Under the pieces are notes generated by a model. It worked only from the letters and a program-made list of their open reading frames with translations, was not told where the DNA came from and did no database searches. From positions 52,330,001-52,394,000 of the forward strand of contig CM059432.1 of NCBI GenBank assembly GCA_030390025.1: a stretch of 64,000 nt of DNA, written 5' to 3'. The stretch's first letter is position 1; each line of letters starts with the position of its first letter. The DNA is from Squalus acanthias. Taxonomy: Eukaryota. Both the position numbers and the translations under genes were made by a program. Shown piece by piece: positions 53,220-64,000 of this stretch.

Positions 53220-55052
53220 AAATTAAATAAATCTGTTGGACTATAACCTGGTGTTGTGCGACTTCTCATTTTTGTCCACCCCAGTCCAACGCCGGCATCT
53301 CCACATCATGACCTCTATTCATAAAGCCAAGGATCCCGTATGTCTTTTGAACAGCCTTCTCAGCTTGTCCTGCCATCTTCAAAGACTTGTGTACATACAC
53401 CCCCAGGCCTCCGTTCCTGCGCCCACTTTCAAATTGTGCCTTTTAGTTCATATTGCATCTCCTCATTCTTCCTACCAAAATGAATCACTTCACACTCCTC
53501 TGCATTAAATTTCATCTGCATGTGTTTGCCCATTTCACCAGTCTGTCTATGTTCTCCTGAAGTCTGTTACTACCCTCCTCACTGTTTACTACATTTCCGA
53601 GTTTCGTGTTACCTGCAAACTTTGAAATTATGCCCTGTATACTCAATTCCAAGTTATTAATATATATCAAAAAGAGCAATGGTCCCAACACCGACCCCTG
53701 GGGGACACCACTGCACACTTCCCTCCTGTCTGAAAAACAACTGTTCACTTCTACTCTCTGCTTTCTGTTCGTTAGCCAATTTCATATCCATGCAGCCACG
53801 GTCCCCTTAATTCCATGGACTTCAATTCTGCTAACAAGTCTATTATGTGGTACTTTGTCAAACACCTTTTGAAAGTCCATATACACAACATCAACCACAC
53901 TATCCTCATAAACCCTTTCCGTTACTTCATCAAAGAAGTCAATCAAGTTAGTCAAACACGGTTTGCCTTTAACAAATCCGTGCTGGCTTTCATTTACTAA
54001 CCCATATTTTTCCCAGTGCCAATTAATTTTGTCTTGGATTAAAGTCTCTAAAAGTTTCCCCACCATTGACGTTAGGCTAACTAGCCTGTGGTTGCCAGGT
54101 TTAACACTCGCCCCCCTTTTTTAAACAGGACTGTAACATTTGCAATCCTCCAGTCTTCTGGCACCACTCCCATATCTAAGGACAATTGGAAGACTGTGAC
54201 CAGAGGCTCCGCAATTTCCACCTTTACTTCCCTCAGCAATTTTGTATGCATCCCATCCGGTCCAGGTGACTTTTCTACTTTGAGCGCTGCCAAGCCTTTT
54301 AGTACCTCCTCTTTATCTATTTTTATCCTATCTAATTTCTCAACTACCTCCTAATTTACTGTGACATTGGCAGCATCCTCTTCTTTAGTGAAGACAGATG
54401 CAAAGTACTCATTTAGTGCCTCAACCATGCCCTCTGCCTCCATAAGATAATCTCCTTTTTGGTCCCTAATCGGCCCCACCCTTCCTTTAACTACCCTATT
54501 TATATGTTTATAAAAGACTTTTGGGTTCCCTTTTATGTTGCTCGCTAATCTATGCTCATACACTCTCTTTACCCCTCTTATTCCCTTTTTCAGTTCTCCC
54601 CTGTACTTCTTGTATTCAGCTTGGTTCTATACTGAATTATGAACGCAATACTTATCATAAGCCTCCTTTTACTGCTTAATTTTAGTCTCTATGGGGGAAA
54701 AATTAGGTCGCGCCCCGTTTGGGGCGCAAATATCGTCTGGACGCAAATATTAGCGCCTGGCGCTAATTATCGCCACTGACTGGAAACTTCACTTTTACCG
54801 CCCCGGGAGGTGAGTGGAGCGCTAAATCAGGCGCTGCACACCTGTCTTAAGGCGCAAAGGCCGAGCAGTGAGGCGCTAACTCAGCGCGCGAGCGCAGCGC
54901 AGGTGCTGCCAGTTAGCGAGGGAACACAGACACACTGGCGCCGGCCAGTTCTTAAAGCGGGGGGGGGCCAACTTGCTCCCCAGCCACACCCTGCTCATTG
55001 CAGCCTTGAATCTCGGCCTGGAGAGACCTGTGAATCCATTTTGCTGCCAAGG

Positions 55053-56872
55053 ATGGAGAGGGTGAGAGAACGAGCTCAGCGCTTCACCGAGCGGGCCTTG
55101 GATGCTCTGGTTGGCGCGGTGGAGTGCAGAAGATGTATACTCTTCCCTGAGAGTGGCAGGAGGCCTTTGCCACGCGAGTACAGAAGAGTGTGGAGGGAGG
55201 TGGCTCAGAGCGTCTCCTCCAGGAGCATGGTGCCCAGGACCCATGTTCAATGCCGCAAAAAGTTCAACGACCTCACTCGGGTCGTCAGGGTGGGTGGCTT
55301 TTTCTCAATACCTCTCCATCCCTCCATCTCAACCTCACTCTATGGCCAGAGGGTCTTAAAACCCCAATGCACAACACTCATCCAACACCTATGGCCCTTT
55401 CATGAAACACACACACACATTCCACACTTTGCATACAGTAAGGGCTATTCACCTATGGGAGGCACATCAGGCAAGACCATGGCTGCATACAGTAAGGGCT
55501 ATTCACCTATGGGAGGCACATCAGGCAAGACCATGGCTGTATATTTACTCAGATGCTGTCCTTTTTCTTGCAGGCCAAGCTGGCGCATAATAGGAGACAG
55601 CAGCAACGGACAGGTGGAGGGCGGCCTCAGCTGCAACCCCTCAGCGATCTGGAGGAGCGCGTCCACAGGATTGTGGCAAGCCGGGTGATCGGTCCCGTCG
55701 CCACTGGAGACGCCGACCCCGTTCTGGACAGCAATGGTAAGGTCATCACCTTTTTGTCCTCTGTCCTTCCACTTGTCCCTCACAACACCAGCCTTTGACA
55801 CTTTCAATCCAACTTGCTAACTCACTGCACTTATTCCTCCCTTACTGCCACCCTGTCCTCACGCTAAAGCCACTCTTGTACCTCCCTGCTTTCAGATGGT
55901 GATTCACCAGCTGAGGAGACGGGCCCTGAAGCTGCCAGTGGGAGTGAAGCTGCAGCCGAGGAGGAAGAGGAAGCTGGAGCATCAGTGCCACCCTCTCCCG
56001 AGGAAGCCCATGCCCACACTGGGAACACGCCTTCCCTGGAGGGGAGCAGGGGGGAAGGGTCTGATGAGGGTGAAGCTCCAGGACCCAGTGGGCTGCAGCA
56101 ACGCCATGGGGGTAGGGAAGAACGGAGGCCTTCTCCCCAGAGGGAGAGTATGCCAGAGACTCCTACTGCAATGGACGCAGAGGAGGAGCGGCTGATCGCA
56201 GAAATGAACACCCAGGCGGTGGGCATGCACACTGAGCTCATGGTTGCAGTGGGAAGGGTGCCCGAATGCATTGAGTCACTGGCAAGGAGTGTGGAGCACT
56301 TCGCTGTAGCACAGGCGGATGCCACACTAATGCTTAGTGCTGCAATTCAGTCACTGACTGCCGTGATCCCATCTCTGACTGCTCTCATGCAGACTCAGAT
56401 TGAGGCCACGCGAGCACAGACTGCTGCCAACCTCGATGGTTCGTTCACATGTCCCTGGGGCTCTCACCGCGCCGCAGCAGGCCAGCAATCTGTGCTCCAG
56501 CAGATTGCTCCGGAAGCTGAAGTGCTGCCCCGTGGGAGTGCCAGTGTGTCGGGCGAGCAGGGAGTTGCTGTCCTCTCTCACGATGACAGCATTCCTGCTG
56601 CCAACACTGTCACTTCTCCACTGCACTTGCCACCGCCTGTAGGACAGACTGCTGCCGCCCATGCAGAGTTGGTGCAGTCTGCAGCCGGGCCCTCCAGGCC
56701 CAGAAGTGGTCGAGGCCGTCCTTCAGGGGCATCTGCAGTGTCAGGGTCTGACGATCAGCAGCCTTCCACCAGCCTTGCTGCAGCCACTGAGGTCCCATTA
56801 TGGAGGAGCAGTAGGGTTAGAAGGGGGGAAGTGCGCAAGGGAAGGAGATCACCCTCGAAGGGCAAAAAGTAG
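55053..56872 (+). CDS. Harbinger Myb/SANT-like DNA-binding protein, spliced 55053-55289, 55574-55736, 55896-56872 (458 aa)
   Basis: RFTERALDALV...WREVAQSVSSRSMVPRTHVQCRKKFNDL trihelix/Myb motif and RTGGG motif; GT-AG introns with matching phases (0 and 1); open through to TAG; basic C-terminus RVRRGEVRKGRRSPSKGKK. Confidence 0.88.
55431..55538. repeat. Perfect 54-bp tandem duplication in intron 1 of the Harbinger Myb gene
   Basis: GCATACAGTAAGGG...GACCATGGCT twice. Confidence 0.95.
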
Positions 56873-57184
56873 GAGGTGTGACAAAATGGTGGTCATTTTT
56901 TTATTAAAGGCTGAGGTTCGTGGTCCAACTTTTGTTTAGTGTTTTGGACATTATCTCCAGGTTGTGAGAACCAGTTATGTTATTGACTGTTTTTTTGTGT
57001 TTATTTCTATGAATTTATCATGAGGAAATGACACACACAGAGTTCGTAAAATAAATAAGTTTTTGTATTCAAAATATACATGTTTGGTGTTTGGAATTAT
57101 TGGTGCCTTGGCCGGCTTAGGGGTTGCGTGCTGGGTACATTGCTGTTGTTAGCAATGGCAGAAGCCATTTCCACAGCAGGGGCC

Positions 57185-58345
57185 CTAGAAGCGGCTTGCT
57201 ATCAGCCGTTGACGGACGGCCCTTGCAGTTTCACCATTGTGGGCCGCCCTCCTGCCTTGGTGCTGCTGATGATCATCCTCCTCGTCCTCTTCCTCCTCTT
57301 CCTCCTCCTCCTCTGGTGGTGCTCCAAGGCCTGGTGGCATTGGCTGGGTCCTGACGATTGCCATGTTATGCAACATGCAGCACACAACTACGAAGTTGGA
57401 TACTCGCTCAGGCGAGTACTGCAGGGCTCCTCCAGAATGGTCGAGACAGCGGAACCGTTGCTTCAGCACGTCGATTGTGCGCTCAATGATGTTCCTGGTA
57501 GCTTGATGGCTCTCATTGTACCGCAGCTCAGCAGGGGTGTTGGGCGTATGGAGCGGTGTCATCAGCCAGGTGCTCAATGGATACCCCTTGTCCCCGAGAA
57601 GCCAACCAACTGGCTGATGCGGTGCCTCGAAAAGTTCTGCCACAGTAGTCTGGCGCAGGATAAAAGCATCGTGGCAGCTGCCAGGATAGTGGGCATTGAC
57701 AGCGAGTATCAGCTGTCTATGGTCACAGACCAACTGAACATTCAAGGAATGGAACCCCTTTCTGTTCCGGAATTCCTCGGCATTCTCATGTGGAGCACGC
57801 AAAGCCACATGCATGCAGTCAATGGCGCCCTGCACCATGGGGAAGCCCGCTATCCTCGCAAAGCCCAGAGCGCGGTCATGCTGCTTGTCTGGAGTCATGG
57901 GGAAAGAGATGAACTCTCTTCACCTTTTAAAGAGGGCATTTGTGACCTGCCAGATGCAGCAATGCACCGTGAACTGGGAGATATTGGCGAGGTCCCCAGC
58001 AGCAGCTTGAAATGAGCCAGTAGCATAGAAGTTGAGAGCCACTGTGACCTTCACTGCCACCGACAGAGACGTCCTGGACCTCAGTTGAGGCTGCAGCTCT
58101 GGCTGCAGCAGGTGGCAGAGCTCAGTGACCACCTCCTTGCTGAATCGCAGCCTTCGCAAACACAGCTCCTCAGACATATGAATGTAGGAGAGCTGTTCAC
58201 GATATACCCTGGGAGGGTAAGCTCTCCTGTACATACGCCTGTTGGCCCTCCTCCATCTGGCCATCATTGCCACTGTCTCTCTGCGTCTCTGTGTCCTCTG
58301 ATTCAGCTGGAGCAGGACGACGCCCCCAATCAGTGCAGCCCCCAT
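57185..58345 (-). pseudogene. Harbinger (HARBI1-like) DDE transposase, 386 codons with a single in-frame TGA at 57922-57920
   Basis: HTH region LRFSKEVV..YATGSFQ; catalytic motifs [30 protein letters not shown]; the 164-aa and 237-aa ORFs share a frame, separated by TGA plus 7 codons. Confidence 0.92.
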
Positions 58346-59374
58346 AGTCTCTTTGCAAGCAAAGTAATGAAGGACAGCAACCAAAGTACCAGCGAAGTTA
58401 GGATCAGTAGGCAAAACTACCTCACAAAGCGTTGACTCAATGCAGAAGTCTCTCTTTCTCTCTCTCCGAATCTCTCTCTCTCTCTCAGAACGAGTGGTGC
58501 AAAAATGTCAACCACAGAAAAAGACAGGAAGAGGCCCCCTTTAAATAGCGCCCCCCCCCCAGCCCCACAGCGATTGATAGCGTTCCAGTCTTCCGGTCGT
58601 TGGATGCGCCAGGCGGTAAGGCAGGGGGCGCCACTCAATTTCCGCTCCGGGGCGCCACAAGGGCGTTGCACCATGGAATGACGTCACAATCTGCGCGCGC
58701 AGGTGGTCGCGGCGGTAAGGTTTAGCGTCGCCGCACAATGTCTAGTTAAGTTCCCGAGCGGCGCAAACATCGCTGCGCCCGGGCGCTCGCGGCTTTGCGC
58801 CCCATTAGCGCCCTCTTAAGGCGCTAACGGGAGGCGCAACCAACTGAATTTTTACCCCTATATCTTTAGTCATCCAGGGAGCTCGAGCTTTGGATGCCCT
58901 TCCTTTCCCCCTCATGTCTAGTCTGTACCCAAACTATCTCCTCTATGAAGGCCTCCCATTGCTCATTTACTGTTTTACCTGCCAATCTTTGATTCCAATC
59001 AACCTGGGCCAGATCCCTTTTCAACTCACTAAAATTAGCCCTCCTCCAGTTGAGTATTTTCACATTTGATTTTTTTCTTGTCCTTTTCCATAACTACTCT
59101 AAACCTAATGATATTATGATCACTGTTTTTCAAATGCTCTCCCACTAAACATGCTCCACTTCATTCCCCAGAACTAGATCCAGCACTGCTTCCTTTCTCG
59201 TTGGGCTGGAAACACACTGATCAAGAAAGTTCTCCTCTACACATTTCAGAAATTCCTCCCCCTCTTTGCCCTTTACACTGTTATTTTCACAGTCTATATT
59301 AGGATAATTGAAGTCCCTTATTATCACTACTCTAAAGTTCTTGCATCTTTCTGCAATTTGCCTGCAAATTAGTG

Positions 59375-60705
59375 AGCACTTAGAGATGCATGAGATAATC
59401 AAGGACAGCGAGCAAAAGATTTGTTAAAAGCAAGTTGTATTCGACAAACCTAACAGAGTTTTTTGAAGAAGTGGCTAATTGTATAGATAAAGAGAATGCA
59501 GTAGATGTGATGTAAATGAATTTTCAGAAGGCGTGAACAGGAAGATCGTTACAAAACTTTAGGTGTCTGGTGTAAGAGGAAATGTAGCAGCAGTTGGTTG
59601 ATGAACAGGAAGCAAAGAGGGTGAATTTTTGTGGGGTTCTCTTGCTCGTCTACCACAAATTCAACAGAAAACACTGGAAAAAGATGGTTAAAAAAACTCA
59701 GGAAGACATGGACAAGTGGAATGGATGGACAGGAGGCAGGTGCAACTTAATACAGAGGTGAGGAAAACAAAGACTTGAGAGTACACAATCAATGCAAAGT
59801 GCTGAATGGTGTTGAGGAACAGAGGGGTTCAAATGGATACTTTCTAGAATGTGCAAGTAGATAAATTCATAAAAATGGCCTTTTTAATAGGGACATAGAG
59901 TATAAGAGCAAAGAGGTTATGGTAAAACGAAAGAAAGACTTGCATTTCCATAGCGCCATTCACAACCACCGGACGTCCCAAAGCGCTTTACAGCCAATGA
60001 AGTACTTTTTGAAGTGTAGACAGTGTTGTAATTTAGTTAAATTTGTCCAAGGCAATGGTTAAGACACAGTTACTATGGGGATAATTTTACCCGAACCGCC
60101 CGATGGGAAACTGATGGCGGCCGATCCGAAACCGTTATTTTCTCGCTGGGCAGGCTAGATTAAAATTAGCCCCATTTCTGTAGTTTGGAGGCCCAATAGT
60201 AGAAAGAAATTAAAAGCCATATCGAGCCTACAGCATCGATTCACCAGGATGATATAAGGGATGGGAAAACATAGTTCTGAGGAGAGACTCGAGATACTGG
60301 AACTATTTCCACCAGACTAGTGAAGGTTAAGAGCAGATTTAATCAAGGTTTTCAAAATTATGATGGGTTCTAATAGATTGAATAGAGAAATACTATTTAC
60401 TCTGGTTTACAAATAATGATGAGGGGTCATCAATTTAAAATTGATACTAAGAGAGTAAGGAGATGGGTGAGGGGAAATTTCTTTAAACAGAGAGTTTTTG
60501 GAGCATGGAATGCTTTACCATTGGGAGTAGTTGAAGCAGGCCAATGCATCTTTTAAGAGAAGAGTAGAAAAACATTTTAAGCAGAGGAAGATACAGGACT
60601 ATGGGGATAGAACAAAGCTATGGGATTAGTTTAGGATTGCTCCAACAAATACCCAGCACAGACACAATGGGCCAAAAGCTCCCTTCTCTGCTGTAACCTT
60701 CTATG
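59375..60705 (+). mobile_element. Old CR1 RT/3' fragment
   Basis: Degenerate homology to the other CR1 copies; interrupted by a SINE tail and a mini-MITE. Confidence 0.7.
60077..60173. mobile_element. Very short MITE-like element
   Basis: TIR GGGGATAATTTTA / GGGGCTAATTTTA interrupting a CR1; TSD not clean. Confidence 0.45.
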
Positions 60706-62699
60706 GGTCTGTGGTACTAAGCTGTAACAACAATGCTAGAATTTACAAACTCCTGGATGGCAGCAGAATTATGACATGACATTGATGGATCTTTACATCA
60801 GTGATGTTGCTGCTGAAAGAGTGGTCAGTTTAATACTATTGAAAATGCAGTTGAACATTGTTGCCCCTTAAGTATTGTTAGACATTTCTAAAAACATCAT
60901 CTTCAGTCAGAAGCTTTATGTGATTTCACATTCAAAACTACTCAAAAACATGTGCATCATAAAAGCTTTTTCAGACTTACATTTCTCTTGCTCACACTGA
61001 AAGCATTGCACTAATACTGCTTTTAGGTCTTATCTGTTGCCATGCTAATGCTGCCTCCTTGTGGCAAATAGCATAGTGACTCATGGGCCTGCAACTCCAC
61101 AGGCCACTATCCTGACACTTATTTTGTGATCATACCCGCTGATGTCCTCCAGTGTTGACCCCGCCAGAGTATGCGAGTTTAGGGAGAAGGCACCTAATTA
61201 GCATGGGTCCGGTGAAGCAAAGGTGGAGATGTGCCTGCACCACTAGGAGCACATCTTGGGCACTTGTCTGCCCCAAACTGCTGGGAAATCAGGTCTATGG
61301 CTTCAGGTTGCCCAGGGAGAAGGGGGTAGATGAGGTGGAGTTGGCCAGGACCCCAAAGATGGGCTCCACTGGCATCAGGTTAGCAGCCAGTACGTCACTT
61401 CTCACTGGGCATACTAGCCACCACTTGAACACCAGACCACATGACAGGCTGTGGCTGAGGAAACTCTCTTCCAGGAGTCCCCACCCACAACAGTTCCTTT
61501 TCTGATGTCAGGGAACAATGTTTGGGGTGGACGGAGGTTCCAGCCTAAACAAGACCCAAAACTGAAACAGCACCCTTTTCTGCACTCCTGCTGAAGTTAT
61601 GGCAGGAGTTTGCCAGATGGATTTTCAAAATGACATGCTTGAGAATCTTAATACATGTTAAATTGTCAAATCTAGATTTGTGTTGGATCATTAAATATGA
61701 GTGTTTTGAACAGAGAAGTGCTTTCTTTTCTTATCAATTACCTCTTCTCTGCTTTTGAAAGTATTGAAGGTACACAGTCCACCGGTTCTAGTCACCTTTG
61801 GATATCTTAACTAAGTGGACAGACTCCATGTGTGAGCCCAGGCAGTGAGTGTTGGTGGGCTATTCCATCATGTGGGGACGGGGGTTTGCATCACAGGCAA
61901 GTCTGATTCTGTCCTCACCTGATGTCCACATGAACACAGTTTCCAGCAGGAGCCACATTGGAGCAGGAACCCGGTATGATTTTGCCCCTCCCTAGCTCAG
62001 GTGCATCGAGTCCAATTGTAGCATCATTATTGTCATCCAGATTGAAATCAGAAAACTCAACTCAGAATACAAATGGAATCTGGGACCTTTCTACTTTGTA
62101 TAGTTGTACAATCATCTCAAGTGCGTCCCAAGGTTCCAATCTTGGTCCCCTCCTATTTCACGTTTACATGCTGCCCCCTAGCGACATTATTCATAATTGT
62201 GAGATCAGCCCCACATGTGATGCTAATGACAGCCAACTCTACCTCTCTGTCACCACCCTCAACTCCACAAATGTGCTCTTGGACTGCTTGTCTGACATCA
62301 AGTTGTGAATGAGCCAGAATGCCACCACAAACCTCTGCAAGAGCCTCTCCGTTAAGAGGACACCAATAACAAGAACAAATGGTCTGTCCAAATTAATATC
62401 CTAAAATAAATAACTTAAATTGCAATTGTCAGATCAGGCTGAAGGAAATAGTCAATCTCATCTGGTGCCCTCCAGTGCGGAATGCTTTTAGTGAATCATT
62501 AACTATTATTATGGCTATTAGATTACCTGATTATATCGGTGAGTTGCAGAAAATCTGTTTGGCTTAATTATGTAAAATGTCAAAATTTTCTGCAACTCTG
62601 CATTTTGACAAAATTAGGATTTGTTTTTATGATGGCTAGTATTTTAATAATAGAAAATCTCTGCATTTTACAGGCTTCTGGCAAACCAATTAGTTATGC

Positions 62700-63400
62700 C
62701 TCTTTTAATTGAACCCTTAAGGGGACACTGGGTTGCCCCAGTGTCATCAAACAAAAAGATCTAACAAAAGTGTCCCTTCTTTATAGAGGGGCACAACTAA
62801 TAAAACCCAAATCATAAAAAAAGACAAAGGAAACTTAACAATTTAAATAATAATGTTTCCGCCCATGTCGACCACACAGTCCCTGCTGTGCCCACTGGCC
62901 GCAGAAGGCCTCAAGTGTACAGGCAGACACTGTGTGCTCCTTCTCCAGGGCCACCGGAGCGCAAATAAAGCTGCGGAAGTAAGGCAGGCAGCCAGAGCGA
63001 CCAACCCCATGGCTCGCGTCCAACCTGGACCTGTGGATGGCCACCTTGGCCAGGCCCAGGAGCATACCCACGAGAAGGTCATCTGACTTGCCCTCCCCAC
63101 TCTGCACCGGGTGACCAAAGATCAGGAGCATGGGACAGAAGTGGAGCCAGAAATTGAGGAGCCTTCAAATAATGGAACAGGGGCTGCAACCTCTCACATT
63201 CCATATAGACATGGAACACGGACTCATTCAGGCCACAAATGTTACAAGTGGCCTAGGAGCTTGTGAAGTGGCTCAAAAACGTTTTGTCGGTATTGCTTCG
63301 TGCAACACTCTCCACCCCAGATCCCCAGTAGTGCAGGGGAGGACTACCGTGTAGAGAGCCCTCCATTGGGGACCCCCACCTCCGCTAGACGGCAAGATGG
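62700..63400 (-). mobile_element. Tx1/L1-clade LINE 3' fragment (second piece 37895-38140; possible third 61150-61560)
   Basis: ESVFHVYMEC.RLQPL zinc-knuckle remnant; LLIFGHPV..LLGLAKVAIHRSR; shared 3' hairpin CACTGGGTTGCCCCAGTG. Confidence 0.75.
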
Positions 63401-64000
63401 CACACCAAGACCAATTTGTTATGGCATGCAAGTACTCAGAAACATTCCAGTTTCAATATATTGGTCAGGGGCGTGACTTCTTTTGGAAGAAGGCAGCAGA
63501 AAAATGCCCAAGGAACATTCTCTACATCAGCATAAGGCAAAGTTCTCAATGGAAGGCTCCCCCTGATGGCTCAGTGAGTTTACCCAGTAGCTGGTTAAGC
63601 CATACATGACCTAGGTCTGTTACACTTAATAATGAAGGAAAAGTTGGCTTCAATTCCTGCTTCTGATCACTATCCAGCACCCCCTGCTGGGAACCAGATG
63701 GAGACAGGATTGAGTTCAGCTGCTTTGGCCCTTGTGGTTGACACTCACTGTCAAGGCCACCTGAGCATAATACCAGAAGCAGAAAGAGGAAAAAATCGGC
63801 ATGCAAATTCTTGTGAGATTTTAAAATCATAGGATTTAGGCCTCATAATCACAAGATTACAAGTGGCCAATTAAAAGACAAAATTATGAGTTACCTTATA
63901 AAATCCCATATGGATAGTGCTATGAGCTTACAGCATTTCAAAGAAAATTACTGAACCCTGTCCAGTTCAATCATTGAGTTTTCCTTTGCGCAAGTATAAC

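Larger units (their letters stand above)
51387..53311 (-). mobile_element. Penelope-like retroelement family A, 5'-truncated with inverted 5' pseudo-LTR
   Basis: 14-bp TSD CCTCTATTCATAAA (51373-51386, 53312-53325); 53184-53269 is an inverted copy of 51387-51471. Confidence 0.95.
54693..58858 (+). mobile_element. PIF/Harbinger DNA transposon, full length (4166 bp)
   Basis: TIRs GGGGGAAAAATT / GGGGTAAAAATT; 3-bp TSD TAT (54690-54692, 58859-58861); interrupts a CR1 that rejoins seamlessly; two convergent genes (Myb/SANT and DDE transposase). Confidence 0.95.
48873..59370 (-). mobile_element. CR1 LINE (about 2.5 kb of own sequence) fragmented by nested insertions
   Basis: Colinear CR1 pieces 48873-49157, 51061-51386, 53326-54692, 58862-59370 (GVPQGSVLGP, QHGFVKGK, DFNYPNI). 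Confidence 0.9.

Noticed and set aside
53181..53269. N-terminus of the 522-aa ORF (MRSRTTPGYSP...) and recurring MDYNLVLCD peptides
   Set aside because: Chance translations of the pseudo-LTR, not a real protein start
54810..55688. 292-aa unspliced ORF
   Set aside because: Only 55053-55289 is the Myb exon; the rest is upstream sequence and intron read-through
57080..58015. 311-aa + strand ORF
   Set aside because: Antisense shadow of the GC-rich transposase
57185..58345. Domesticated host gene HARBI1
   Set aside because: Flanked by TIRs and TSD, paired with a Myb gene, nested in a CR1 and carrying a premature stop, so a transposon copy

Overview
Repeat-rich vertebrate genomic DNA, most likely a cartilaginous fish (inferred from SacSINE1/Deu-type and HE1/V-type SINEs and the CR1/L2/Penelope mix). 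One host gene is recognisable: a minus-strand non-muscle myosin regulatory light chain (MYL12-type, 172 aa). Its coding exons are 16838-16655, 16077-15916 and 12049-11877, and its probable non-coding exon 1 lies in a CpG island at about 35.0-35.9 kb. The rest is mostly nested mobile DNA. This includes a nearly intact 4.2-kb PIF/Harbinger transposon (spliced Myb/SANT gene plus a convergent DDE transposase broken by one in-frame TGA), two MITE derivatives of that family, and other MITEs. There are also two families of Penelope-like elements carrying minimal hammerhead ribozymes, many CR1/L2/RTE/Tx1 LINE fragments, a solo LTR, a 28S rRNA-CR1 tail chimera and pyrimidine-rich minisatellites. Most notable are (1) Penelope family A insertions landing repeatedly right after a TGGC motif, three times at the same position of independent SINE copies; (2) covarying hammerhead motifs; (3) the near-autonomous Harbinger system; and (4) the 28S-CR1 chimera. 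Repeat family names come from motif recognition, not database searches, and boundaries of old repeats are approximate.
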